DNA from: Terriglobia bacterium
GTDB taxonomy: Bacteria > Acidobacteriota > Terriglobia > JAJPHL01 > JAPKYU01
Direction of reading: 5' to 3'
Length of the DNA stretch: 64,000 nucleotides
Assembly (NCBI GenBank): GCA_965223005.1
Contig: CBDCVK010000002.1
Span: forward strand, 160,001 to 224,000
Part shown: in pieces, positions 48,931 to 58,187 of the stretch
Layout: each line of letters opens with the position of its first letter
Numbering within the stretch: position 1 is the first letter of the stretch
Notes under the pieces: generated by a model
What the model saw: only the letters and a program-made list of their open reading frames with translations
The model's database searches: none
Told to the model about the DNA's origin: nothing
Translations under genes and position numbers: made by a program

Positions 48931-50376
48931 ATGCCTTTGGCCGTCCAGGAACGCGAGCAGCGCATCCGCATTGCGGTCTTTGACCTCAACCCAAACACAG
49001 GCGCGTTTCGCGAGCATACCCACACGCTGGCTGTCGGGCCTGCTTCGGCTACCATCCGCCTGCGGCACCCGGTGGTACCCGGGACCACTCTGACGATCTA
49101 CAACCTGGAGAACGGTAAGCAGGCGGATTTCGTAATGGAAAGCGCACCTGCGCCGCAGCAAGTCCGGGTGCGGCCGGCCGACCAGGCGGTGGACATCTGG
49201 GAGCCAACACAAGCAACGCCGGCGTCTGAAGAAGCCCCGGCGCCTGAAGAACCCCGTGTGACGCGGGAGGATCTCGAACAGGGAAGGCCACCCATCGCCG
49301 AGACGCAGCAAGGCATTGAAACCGGAGAGGTGCGCGTTGCTGCAGACGAGGGGACGGCCCGCGAAGCGGCCGCGCGCGTTGTGGAGGGGGAAGAGACTGT
49401 CGCTCGCGCCGTCGACTACGCACACCTGCTCGATGTCCACATCGACGTGCAGGCGCGCACGCTGGAAGTAACGCAGCGCGAGGCGATGGGCGTTTCGCTG
49501 CGCACCGTCCAGTCACTGCGCCGCGAACTGGAGGAGTTGGTCGACCGCGCGGCGATGTCGCGCGGTCGAGCCGAGAAGCTTACCCGCGAGGCCACCGACG
49601 CCTGCGCGCGCGCGGCGGCTTCCGCCAGCGACCTGCAAGCGCTACGTGCGGATAAAAAAGCGGCCGACCAGAAGCTTGCCGAAGTGCGTCACCACTTGAA
49701 AGAGGCCGAGTCTGCCTTTGCCGCCGTGCGCGCTGAAGTGGCGCGCACCGCCCCGATGGTCGCGCCTTCCCGGAGCCGTGTTCCCGCGCCGCCTCCAACA
49801 ACGGAAGGACCTCCCGAAGCAAAGGCGGCCCCCGAGCCGGTCGTGACCCCAGAGCCGGTGGCGGCCCCCGAGCCAGTGGTGACCCCCGAGCCGGCGGCGG
49901 CCCCCGAGCCGGTCGTGACCCCAGAGCCAGTGGCGGCCCCCGAGCCAGTGGTGACCGCCGAACCGGCGGTGGCCCCCGAGCCAGTGGCAGCCTCCGAGCC
50001 GATGGCGACCGCCGAGCCAGTGGCGGCCACCCGTGCGAACCGAGAGGCTTCGCTCACTACGACCCGGCAGTTCGTGGCAGGTTTCTCCGGCCCTGTTTCC
50101 TGGGATGACCGGCGCACGACGCGGCGCATCCAAGTGCGAACCCGTGCGCGTATTCGCCGCCCGGACTTGGTCGAGGTCGTGCAACCCATCAACCTCTCAC
50201 GCCGCGGCCTTTGTTTTGAAAGCCGCTACCCCTACGAACTGAACAGCGCCGTCTGGGTGGTACTGCACTACCAGGAAGACACTGCAGATCTGATCGAGAC
50301 GCCGAGCCGCATCGTCCGCATTATCCCGCGCGGTAACGGCGAGTCCCCTTACTACGGCGTCCGCTTCGAAGCCTAA
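48931..50376 (+). CDS. PilZ-domain protein with coiled coil and Pro-Glu repeat linker
   Basis: C-terminal DRRTTRR + NLSRRG PilZ motifs; N-terminal degenerate PilZ-like beta domain; start uncertain (48829-48931). Confidence 0.8.
   Translation: MPLAVQEREQRIRIAVFDLNPNTGAFREHTHTLAVGPASATIRLRHPVVPGTTLTIYNLENGKQADFVMESAPAPQQVRVRPADQAVDIWEPTQATPASEEAPAPEEPRVTREDLEQGRPPIAETQQGIETGEVRVAADEGTAREAAARVVEGEETVARAVDYAHLLDVHIDVQARTLEVTQREAMGVSLRTVQSLRRELEELVDRAAMSRGRAEKLTREATDACARAAASASDLQALRADKKAADQKLAEVRHHLKEAESAFAAVRAEVARTAPMVAPSRSRVPAPPPTTEGPPEAKAAPEPVVTPEPVAAPEPVVTPEPAAAPEPVVTPEPVAAPEPVVTAEPAVAPEPVAASEPMATAEPVAATRANREASLTTTRQFVAGFSGPVSWDDRRTTRRIQVRTRARIRRPDLVEVVQPINLSRRGLCFESRYPYELNSAVWVVLHYQEDTADLIETPSRIVRIIPRGNGESPYYGVRFEA
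49825..50030 (+). repeat. 18-bp tandem repeat encoding (A/T)PEPV(V/A)
   Basis: About 11 copies of APEPVV/TPEPVA. Confidence 0.9.
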
Positions 50377-50558
50377 AGGAATTCTCTGCGGATGGGCACG
50401 TACGAACACGGACTCCAAGAACGGGTCTACGCATTACCTAGATACTTGGCAGGGCTTCCGGGCGACCACTATGCGCGGCCAATATATTGGAATTGAGTGG
50501 CGGGCGATGGAATAGCTGGCGGGGCATTGTTCGCCGGTTGTTTGCGAAATCTGCCAGC

Positions 50559-50587
50559 TTGACGAAGACCTACCGGGAGCCTACACT
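50559..50587 (+). promoter_or_regulatory. Sigma70 promoter of tRNA-Arg
   Basis: TTGACG, 17 nt, TACACT. Confidence 0.7.
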
Positions 50588-50610
50588 GAAAACGAGAGTT
50601 AGCTTCATCG

Positions 50611-50687
50611 GCGCCCGTAGCTCAGCTGGATAGAGCGTTGGTCTCCGGAACCAAAGGCCGCAGGTTCGAATCCTGCCGGGCGTACCA
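50611..50687 (+). tRNA. tRNA-Arg (CCG)
   Basis: Acceptor stem GCGCCCG/CGGGCGT, anticodon arm TTGGT-ct-CCG-ga-ACCAA, T-loop GGTTCGAATCC, encoded CCA. Confidence 0.97.
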
Positions 50688-50692
50688 GCTTT

Positions 50693-51865
50693 TCAACGAC
50701 TTAGGGGGGGGCATTCTCCCTGAGGCCCTATTTGTGACGTGGTTTGTGACGTAACCGCCCCCTGCACCCCACCCACACTGGCCTCCACGACGCTGCTGGG
50801 AAGACCCGGTTCGGGTAAGGCGGGAGACTCCCGGACCGCCGATAACGCTTCCACCGCAGCCCTCTTGGCAGCCAGCCGAGGATGGGAGTACCAGCGCGTC
50901 ATGGCGGGGTCCAAGTGCCCGACGATCTCTCGGATTACGCCCTCCGGGACACCGGCCTCCAGCATTTCAGTAACACATTGGTGGCGGAGGTCGTAGTAGC
51001 GGAATCCCGGTAGTCCGGCGGCTTTGCGAAGAGAGCGCCATGCCGACCTCCAGCTACTCATCGGCCTGGTGCCGTCAACCTTTGGCCAGAGGCGGTGGAA
51101 TACGAAGTTGTCAGGCTGATTTGTGCCGAGAATCTCGGCCCGCTTTCGAAGGGCACATATGGCGACCCAAGCTTCGTCGTTCAGGGGCACCACCCGAAGA
51201 CCTGCGTCGGTCTTACTGCGGTGAACCAGAACCGTCCGTTCGTTTGCATCAACGTCTCGCCAACGCGAGGACCGTAGTTCCGAGGGCCGCAGAGAGGCGT
51301 TCGCGGTGAGAAGCGCTGCGCAGTACGCAACAAACCAGTCGGGGTTGCTTGCGGCTGTCTGGTAAAGACGCAACTTCTCTTCTTCACTCAGCAGCCGGAC
51401 GCGCGGACGCGGCACAGGTAGCATCTGGACGTCCGGCACACGGACTTTTGCCAGCCTGAGAAGGCGGAGAAGCAGCTTCAGTTCGTGGTTGATGGTGCGC
51501 GGATGTCGTCCGGCAGCGCAACGATGGCGCTGGTAGTTGCGGACGTGATCCTCTGTGATTTGATTGATCCGCAAACCAATGAACAAAGCCCCGAGCGGCT
51601 TGAGCCTTGCTGCTTCCGGTTTCCATGTGGGTTCCGGGGTGAGAAGCTTCCGGTGTTCAAGGTAACGGTTGGCAGCTTCCGCGAAAGGTACTCGTGACAA
51701 CTGTCGGCTTGAGGCGGCAAGCTTGCCTTCACTCGCCTGCGAGATCAGCTGCTTATCGCGAGCTTGGGCCTCGCGCCAGTCCTTAGTGTGGAGGGACTGC
51801 CGGTACCGCTGGCCGTTGACCGAAAAGTCCGTCCACCAGGTCTTGCGTCGTTTGTAGGGTGCCAA
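50693..51865 (-). CDS. Phage-type tyrosine integrase
   Basis: N-terminal arm-binding [15 protein letters not shown]; LRPSEL, SKT, YDLRH, GH...WY catalytic residues; abuts the tRNA. Confidence 0.93.
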   Translation of the reverse strand: MAPYKRRKTWWTDFSVNGQRYRQSLHTKDWREAQARDKQLISQASEGKLAASSRQLSRVPFAEAANRYLEHRKLLTPEPTWKPEAARLKPLGALFIGLRINQITEDHVRNYQRHRCAAGRHPRTINHELKLLLRLLRLAKVRVPDVQMLPVPRPRVRLLSEEEKLRLYQTAASNPDWFVAYCAALLTANASLRPSELRSSRWRDVDANERTVLVHRSKTDAGLRVVPLNDEAWVAICALRKRAEILGTNQPDNFVFHRLWPKVDGTRPMSSWRSAWRSLRKAAGLPGFRYYDLRHQCVTEMLEAGVPEGVIREIVGHLDPAMTRWYSHPRLAAKRAAVEALSAVRESPALPEPGLPSSVVEASVGGVQGAVTSQTTSQIGPQGECPPLSR

Positions 51866-51868
51866 TGC

Positions 51869-52594
51869 TTATTCTCCTTCTTCATGCTTGAGTTTTCTTA
51901 CCGGTTCCTGTTGAGGGGCAGCAGGTTCGTGCGCTGGTTGCTGCGGCGCGGGGCGTTGCGGCGCCGGCACGTCCAACGGCTCCACAATGATGGTCTCTCG
52001 CTCTTTGCCGATTTGGAACGCCTCAGCAGGCATGGGGGCGCCCTCGAAGATGTAGATAACCCCGACACCTTTTCCGGGCAGTCTCTGAGGTTGGCAAATA
52101 TCCAAGACCTGCGTGAGAAGCGGACCCAGTGTTATGATCTGAATGCTGGCAGTCACGCCGCTCCTAAACACCCGCTTTCGGACATCCTGCGCTTGGGCTG
52201 CCTCGACCTCAATCGTGCCTTCGCTCGGCCAGAGCACCAGCTGAAGTTCCCTTAAGCTCCTTATCTGGGGCGCCAACTTCGCGCCAGCACCAGGGACAAG
52301 GTACTCATTCGCGAATCTCTTCTTTACGCCTCGTAGCGCTCCGGACTTTAGGACCTTTGCAATGACCTCAGGGCGCAACCCCGTCTGATAGAGCCGCCAC
52401 GCGATGGCAAGGGTCATCATATCGTCTACGCTATAGAGGCGTCGTTTTCCCTTGCCGCGCCCCTCGGCGACGGACGCTTTGATTCCGTAGATCGGACTTT
52501 CCAAGAACTTGACCAAGCGCCGTTTGGGCAGCCCGATCAACCGAGCGAGCAAGCCCGTCGGGAACACAGGTTCACGTAGGTTTTTCACTTTCAT
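51869..52594 (-). CDS. MerR-like HTH regulator of the element
   Basis: LARLIGLPKRRL...GKRRLYSVDD...RL...GL HTH/wing pattern. Confidence 0.7.
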   Translation of the reverse strand: MKVKNLREPVFPTGLLARLIGLPKRRLVKFLESPIYGIKASVAEGRGKGKRRLYSVDDMMTLAIAWRLYQTGLRPEVIAKVLKSGALRGVKKRFANEYLVPGAGAKLAPQIRSLRELQLVLWPSEGTIEVEAAQAQDVRKRVFRSGVTASIQIITLGPLLTQVLDICQPQRLPGKGVGVIYIFEGAPMPAEAFQIGKERETIIVEPLDVPAPQRPAPQQPAHEPAAPQQEPVRKLKHEEGE

Positions 52595-52595
52595 G

Positions 52596-52625
52596 TTGTA
52601 AAACCCCACTGGGGTTATGTATAAT
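52596..52625 (+). promoter_or_regulatory. Promoter with a dyad operator in the spacer
   Basis: TTGTAA, 18 nt, TATAAT; AACCCC-act-GGGGTT dyad at 52602-52616. Confidence 0.7.
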
Positions 52626-52686
52626 ATCTATGGGACTACTTGAAGCCCTGTCCATGGCATACATCTTACACGAAGGAAAACAAGAA

Positions 52687-52899
52687 ATGCAAGTCCTCAC
52701 TGAGGATCGGGAAGCTGAATCCGTCGTTGACCCGCAGCCTATCGCTGTGAACGTCAACAAGGCCGCCGCACTCACGGACACCAGCCCCTACACCTGGCGA
52801 GTCTGGATTCGAGCTGGGAAGGTTCGCGCCACTCGTCTCGGCCGCCGAGTCGTCATCCCGATGGACGAGGTGCGGCGCGTGGTGCGCGATGGCATTTAA
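52687..52899 (+). CDS. Excisionase / HTH_17 DNA-binding protein
   Basis: VNKAAALTDTSPYTWRVWIRAGKVRATRLGRRVVIP. Confidence 0.85.
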   Translation: MQVLTEDREAESVVDPQPIAVNVNKAAALTDTSPYTWRVWIRAGKVRATRLGRRVVIPMDEVRRVVRDGI

Positions 52900-52927
52900 T
52901 CCCATGCTGCGCAGGCGGGAGGGAATC

Positions 52928-53263
52928 ATGTCGAGGAGTAATTCCCAGACCGGGGTAGTCCCAGCCCAAATCAGGGGAGTTCCGATGAGATTTCAGACCG
53001 AAGACCTGCCCTTCGCCAGCTACCTGCACTCCACTCGCAGGCTCCGTTTCGTTGGCTGCGAGCCTGTCAACGGTGCTGGGCGCGTAGCCTTCGTGTTCGA
53101 CGACCCGCATGGCGAAGGCGAGCAACTCAGTGTGGACTTCGAGGGCGGTGCGGAGTGCCCGGCGGCGGCCTTCTACGACGCTGTGCGCCACCTGCGGCGC
53201 GTGATGGACGGAGCAAGGAACAACCGGAACAAAGGAGCACGAGAGCATGAGCACCGCGACTAA
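52928..53263 (+). CDS. Small element protein, DUF5659-like
   Basis: FQTEDLPFASYL...RVAFVFDD pattern, often seen between xis and primase; start 52928 or 52985. Confidence 0.6.
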   Translation: MSRSNSQTGVVPAQIRGVPMRFQTEDLPFASYLHSTRRLRFVGCEPVNGAGRVAFVFDDPHGEGEQLSVDFEGGAECPAAAFYDAVRHLRRVMDGARNNRNKGAREHEHRD

Positions 53264-55114
53264 CCCAAACACACCTCCCCGCGACAGCCTGGTCAGTACG
53301 ACAACCAATGGCCAAGCGCCCGTCAAGAAAAATGATGACGGGCAGGCCGTGTCGCCTGGGGCCACTTCGCTCAGCGCCGCACGTGTCTACCTGGACAGAG
53401 GCTGGGCACCTATCCCCATTCCGCATGGGGCAAAGGCACCGTGCCTACGCGAGTGGACCAGCCTCCGCGTGAGCGCAGACGACCTGCCCCACTTCTTTGC
53501 GAACGACTGTAATGTTGGGCTGCTGCTGGGCGCCGCATCAGGTGGGCTGGTGGACGTGGACTTGGATGTCCCAGAGGCGGTTGCTGCTGCTGAGTTGCTT
53601 CTCCCGAAGACGGGCATGGTTCACGGTCGTGCCGACAAACCACGCTCGCACCATTGGTACATCACCGCTTCCCCACCGGAGACGGCGAGGTGGCAGGACA
53701 TGAACGGTGATGTGCTATGCGAGCTACGCTCCACGGGCAGCCAGACCCTGGTGCCTCCCAGCCGCCATCCCGGTGGACAGGACTACAAGTGGCACGCCTT
53801 CGACGAACCCGCCCGCGTGGATGGCCCCACTCTGCGCCTTCATTGCGCGCTCATTGCCTCCTGTGCCTTTCTGGCTCGCCGCTGGCCTGCGCAGCCCAGC
53901 AATCGCCACCAACTCGCGCTGCCGCTTGCCGGGTTTCTGCTACAGGGTGGCCTGGATGAACAGCGCGCCTCGTTGATCGTACAGACCGTGGCCCGCATAG
54001 CGAGAGATGAAGAGGTCAAGGACCGCGTGGGAGCAGTCCGCGACACGGCTCGGAGGCTAGCAAGAGGTGAGCATGTAACGGGCGAGCTAGCCCTTGCCGG
54101 CTTGCTCGGCCAACCTGCAGTCCAACGACCGCGTGAAATGCTCCAGCTCCGCGACAACCGCAGCGTCTTGGACGCTCCCAGGGTCCAGTGGGAACTTCGC
54201 AGCTTTCAGGATGCGATGCAGGGCGCCAGTGACCGCCCCCCCTGGGTGATCGAGGACTTGGTGCTGGAGCAGAGCGGCACGTTGGTGTCGGCCCACCCGC
54301 ACAGCATGAAGTCCCTCGCGTGGCTCGCCGGCTGCCTTGAGGGCGTGGCGAAGAGGAAGGTGTGGGGGCACTTCGCAGCGCCGGACCTCGATAGCGCCCT
54401 TTTCGTCGAGACCGAGGACCCGCCCTGGCTAGTGGAGGGCCGAATCCGTGGCCTTGCCAAGGGCCTGGGACTGGACGAGAAGGAACCCCTGCCTGGCTTC
54501 CACTACACCTGCGTCGGGCCGTTTGACCTACTCCAGGAGGAGTCGAACATCAGGGGGTTGATTGACGATCACGGGCTGAAGCTGATCGTCGTCTCAACGT
54601 TGCAGAACCTGCTCAGCGGACGTAGTTGGAAGCAGCAGGACGACATGCAGCCCATCCTGGCCATGCTGGTGGGAATCTCGCGCCACTGCCCAACTGTCGT
54701 TCTGACCCACTCGCCATGGGATCGGAAGCAGAAGCGGCCGGCTGGCAGTGTGACGATAGCGGCGAACTTCGTCACGTCACTGCATTTCGAGAAGGTGATA
54801 AAAAAGGACCCGAACTACGTCCATGTCAGCGTGGACTCCAAGGTGGGAGCGCAGGAGACCGACTTTACCCTCCGGCTGAGCACCGATGGGGACCCACGCG
54901 ACCCGAGCAGCGTGCGGGCCTGGACTACATCGGCCCCGGATGGCCAAAAGGTGTCAAGAAGGACGCGGTGTTGGCTGCGCTGGAGGACGATCCCGACGCC
55001 CCGGCCGCGGAGATCGCGGAGCGCACTGGCGTGTCCCGCCGCTATGTGGAGAAGCTCATGAAGGAGGCGGGCAAGGGTGACAGGGGCAAGGGACGGAGGG
55101 AGGAGGAGTCGTAG
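53247..55114 (+). CDS. Bifunctional primase-polymerase fused to an AAA_25-like helicase and C-terminal HTH (1-nt frameshift ~54920)
   Basis: GWAPIPI...KAP, NVGLLLG...GLVDVDLD, H.WY, ELRSTGSQTLVPPSRHP; PWVIEDL...ALFVETED; alternate frame to 55114 gives AEIAERTGVSRRYV. Confidence 0.85.
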
Positions 55115-55127
55115 CCTTGGGCGGGAC

Positions 55128-55317
55128 TTGTTCGCAAAGTTGTTCGCAGCCCTCTCGGAGCTTGTTCGCAAAGTTGTTCGCACCTTGTTCGCATGCGATT
55201 ACCATGTGCCTCGTTATCAATGAGTTACAGAATGGCGTTAGTTCGCGCACTTGTTCGCGCCCAGGTGGCGGCAAGCGAACGAACTAGGGGGCGTATGTAA
55301 TACGCCCCTAGTTCGCA
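55128..55317. repeat. Iteron-like repeat array and hairpin: putative replication origin
   Basis: TTGTTCGCA at 55128, 55140, 55162, 55174, 55185; variants at 55239, 55251, 55309; IHF-like TATCAATGAGTTA 55215-27; palindrome 55280-55315. Confidence 0.8.
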
Positions 55318-56133
55318 TCGCGCCTGTCCCGGACGCGAGGTCTATGGCTGACGGAAGGGCGGCCTCGGCATGGAGACCCGCCTCTGGCTAGGCGTTCTGC
55401 CCGCCAAGTTCCTGTTTGCTCTGCTTGTCCGTGAGTGCGGGCCGCGGGAGGCCACGGGAGACCATCAGCGGCCCACCACTATCGTGGTCCCGCGCTGAAG
55501 TTCGACTTCCGGTAGCGTTGCATGTACTCGCGCCTGTGTTCCCGCCACTCTGCGCTTGACCTGTAGTGCGCCTGCTGGCAAGTGGGGGCCAGTCCCAATT
55601 GACCCACGACCGGTTTTCCCCAATGTGTTCGTTGCAACCGATCCCGTCGACATTCGGTAACGACCACCCCGAAAAGCCGTGAACGGCTCTAGTGGAATCA
55701 ACGACTTAGAGGCTCCCGCCACAACACTTTACCACATAACCCATAACAGGATCGCCGCAACGCAACTTCCGCAGCCCAAAAGACTTACTTCCTAAGCAGG
55801 CACCCGCCGTGGCGTCCACCGATTAATCTCATAAGAGTCGAAGTCCGATTTCGCGATTCCCCGTCGGCTGTTACCATCACACGACCGTCCTGTGCCCTGA
55901 GACGGAAGCCTCATACACCACATCTTGCTGGTGCGACTAGACTTAGCGGCCTGGGCAGTGGTGTGCCTTGTAGCAAGGAGACGCGCTGGCAGCCTTCCGG
56001 CGTATGAAGTTCGTCTCCAAGGCGCACCTCTGTAACTCGCTGATTCTTATGGCACACAAATTATATTCATAACTGCGAAATTGGGGAAAGTTTGCTGGAT
56101 TTTCCTGTCGGTTCGGGGTGGCAAGCTGGCAAG

Positions 56134-56427
56134 CTACATATCGACACTATCAAAGTAGTGAGAAGTGGGTCCCTCAGCGAGCCATCCCACGAACTTTTCG
56201 ACGTCCCCCTTCTCCGCGCGCCAGGAAACATACTTCTCGTGCTGTTGGCGGGAGTCCCAGTTTCCAAGAACGAACAAGTGGTTGGGATCGTCCTGATCGA
56301 CGTGGACGGTAATTTCATTGCATCCGTCAAAACCGCGTGAGTGGTGGATTTCGTCTCTGAACCAGTTTCTCAGTTCTTCCGCGTTCTCAGGTTTCGCCTT
56401 GACGGACAACGATACGAGCACTGCCAT
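56134..56427 (-). CDS. Antibiotic biosynthesis monooxygenase (ABM) domain protein
   Basis: SRGFDGC...DQDDPNH...WDSRQQHEKY..WR; GAGG RBS. Confidence 0.85.
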   Translation of the reverse strand: MAVLVSLSVKAKPENAEELRNWFRDEIHHSRGFDGCNEITVHVDQDDPNHLFVLGNWDSRQQHEKYVSWRAEKGDVEKFVGWLAEGPTSHYFDSVDM

Positions 56428-56980
56428 GTTTCACCTCTGCTTTCTCTCTGACCGGCGGTCTATTGCGCTCACGTTGTCAGGGAGGAGCCCTCGCCGGTTG
56501 AAGCTCAGCTCGGGAGCTAGGCGGTAAACGTGCCTTTCGGAAGAAGCGGGAGCGGGCAACAAGTAACGCTCTCCCCCCAGAGGCGACTCATTGCTCGCGC
56601 CCGTCTTACCAACGCCGAATTATAAGGTCACCCATGGCAACAGGCAAGTGCACCACCACCCAAGTCCGGTTCACCTTGGCTCACCCGAGTAGGTCGCTTG
56701 GCCTTTAGGGAAAACGGGTGAGGTCCTCTCTGGTGCGCCGATCCTGGGCGCGCCGATCCCAGCCCAGGAACCTACGCCGGTCAAGCAATTGCAATGCGAT
56801 TTGAAATCCCTCGGGTTGGTGGACTCGTCCTATGACCACGAACAGGGCGAGACCGTCCAATGGCTCACGCGGCAGGCGAAGCGGCTGCTACGCGAGGCCG
56901 GTGTCCGCACCAGGAGGGGACGGCTCGTGAGGCGGGATTTGCCAGTTTGGCACAGGTGAACCCTCTGGTTACCCGGCGGC

Positions 56981-57610
56981 TCACCTGCCGATCCTCTCAA
57001 TCTTGCCGTCCGTACGAAGTAAGAACGAGTACGGTGTGGCCCACTGCCCTTTGCGATGGACAAGTACGGTTTCTACTTGGATGCTCTTGTTCCTCCGGAG
57101 GAGTCTGAAGGGGTCCCCTCGGCAGACATCCTCGGGTAGGACACCGCCGACCCCGACGAGCTGCTCATCCTCGGGCAGCGTAGCCCGCAAACAGTGATGG
57201 TCACTGTTGACTAGGTGAGCGGCCAGGAAGAAGGATGCGTAATCGTCCAACTGATCATCGCTTAAGGCTACCCCTTCGGCCTGGGCAATCGTGTTGAAGT
57301 CTTTGAGGATCCGGGCTTCCGATATTCGTACTGCCCCGTAAGTGAGAAAATATGCCTTGCCAAGGGCATTCACCGCAACAGTAGGTCGGTGGTACCAGCG
57401 CTCGTCCCCCGCAGAACTGAGCTTCACGAGGACATAATTTGGCCAAAAGGGTTGCTCCACCACTGTCCATGATGCACCAGGGGTGGGAAATGCTTTTTGT
57501 GCAGCCTTTATGGCATCGGCCAAAGAAGGTGCTCGGACGGCTGCGTTCTGGGCGGTGGACAGTGCACTGCAAAGCAGAATCGTTAGGACAAGCCTGACCT
57601 TCTCAGTCAT
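56981..57610 (-). CDS. Hypothetical secreted protein
   Basis: N-terminal signal-peptide-like segment; family not recognised. Confidence 0.65.
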   Translation of the reverse strand: MTEKVRLVLTILLCSALSTAQNAAVRAPSLADAIKAAQKAFPTPGASWTVVEQPFWPNYVLVKLSSAGDERWYHRPTVAVNALGKAYFLTYGAVRISEARILKDFNTIAQAEGVALSDDQLDDYASFFLAAHLVNSDHHCLRATLPEDEQLVGVGGVLPEDVCRGDPFRLLRRNKSIQVETVLVHRKGQWATPYSFLLRTDGKIERIGR

Positions 57611-57659
57611 GTTTCAACGTCTTTCTTCCGGTCCATTCCTGCTTCGCATTGATGAGGTC

Positions 57660-58033
57660 GGCTCTCCAAGCGCCAGTTAGGTGGCAAAGCTCCCTCAATC
57701 TCCAAAGACCGAGCGGCACGTGATAGTGACGAGCTTGACGGCTTCGTCTCGGATCTTTGCTACTTCTACGAATTCGGGGTCGTTCTCAAACGCCGCCTTC
57801 GCCTCAGGGCTCTTGAACCAGCTGACGACAATCTGATCCGGTCGAGCGAGCCCATCGCCATCCATGTCTTCTGTCATGAGCCACCGCTCGATGTGTACAC
57901 CGTGCTTCGCCAGAATCGGCTTGGTACGCTCTTGATACTCTGCGAAACGCTCAGGATCACGGACCCAAAGAAGCCGCACTGCATAGAATCTAGCTTCACT
58001 CATTCAGTCACTCCCCTTCTGATGCCACCTAAC
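57660..58033 (-). mobile_element. Integron-type gene cassette carrying the DUF1330-like gene (attC truncated)
   Basis: Begins with GTTAGGTGGCA 19 nt before the ATG; TGCCACCTAAC-tggcg-cttggag 8 nt after the stop. Confidence 0.65.
57695..58003 (-). CDS. DUF1330-like small dimeric alpha/beta barrel protein
   Basis: DPERFAEY...PILAKHG...FKSPEAKAAF.NDPEF...R pattern. Confidence 0.75.
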   Translation of the reverse strand: MSEARFYAVRLLWVRDPERFAEYQERTKPILAKHGVHIERWLMTEDMDGDGLARPDQIVVSWFKSPEAKAAFENDPEFVEVAKIRDEAVKLVTITCRSVFGD

Positions 58034-58161
58034 TTATGTTGCGGTAGCTCAATTAGACCGCTGCACAACGTACGGGTCAAGGCCGCAGCACCTCGCCCAG
58101 CCCTACGCGCCTTGGGTGCTGGGGAGATACGGCCTTGCGCGCTTCCCCGAAGGCGGTCTAA

Positions 58162-58187
58162 GGCACTTGTCCGGTTAGCGCGTTATA
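58162..58187. repeat. 26-bp attC/attI-like repeat, copy 1
   Basis: ggcacttgtccggttagcgcgttata, identical to 62368-62393. Confidence 0.8.

Larger units (their letters stand above)
50688..55320. mobile_element. tRNA-integrated phage-satellite/PICI-like element (core module; right end not resolved)
   Basis: Integrase, divergent regulator/excisionase pair, small gene, Prim-Pol/helicase, iteron cluster; no capsid, terminase or conjugation genes seen. Confidence 0.8.

Noticed and set aside
49825-50030. CRISPR-like or non-coding repeat array
   Set aside because: In-frame 18-bp coding repeats with no unique spacers
50693-51865. Integron integrase serving the nearby attC-like sites
   Set aside because: It has a phage-type arm-binding N-terminus, sits at a tRNA and shows no IntI patch
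55176-55190. Acidobacterial LexA box GTTC-N7-GTTC
   Set aside because: Arises from adjacent iterons and is not in a promoter
55128-55260. CRISPR array
   Set aside because: Repeats are only 9-21 bp with 2-13 bp spacing and no cas genes are present; an iteron origin fits better
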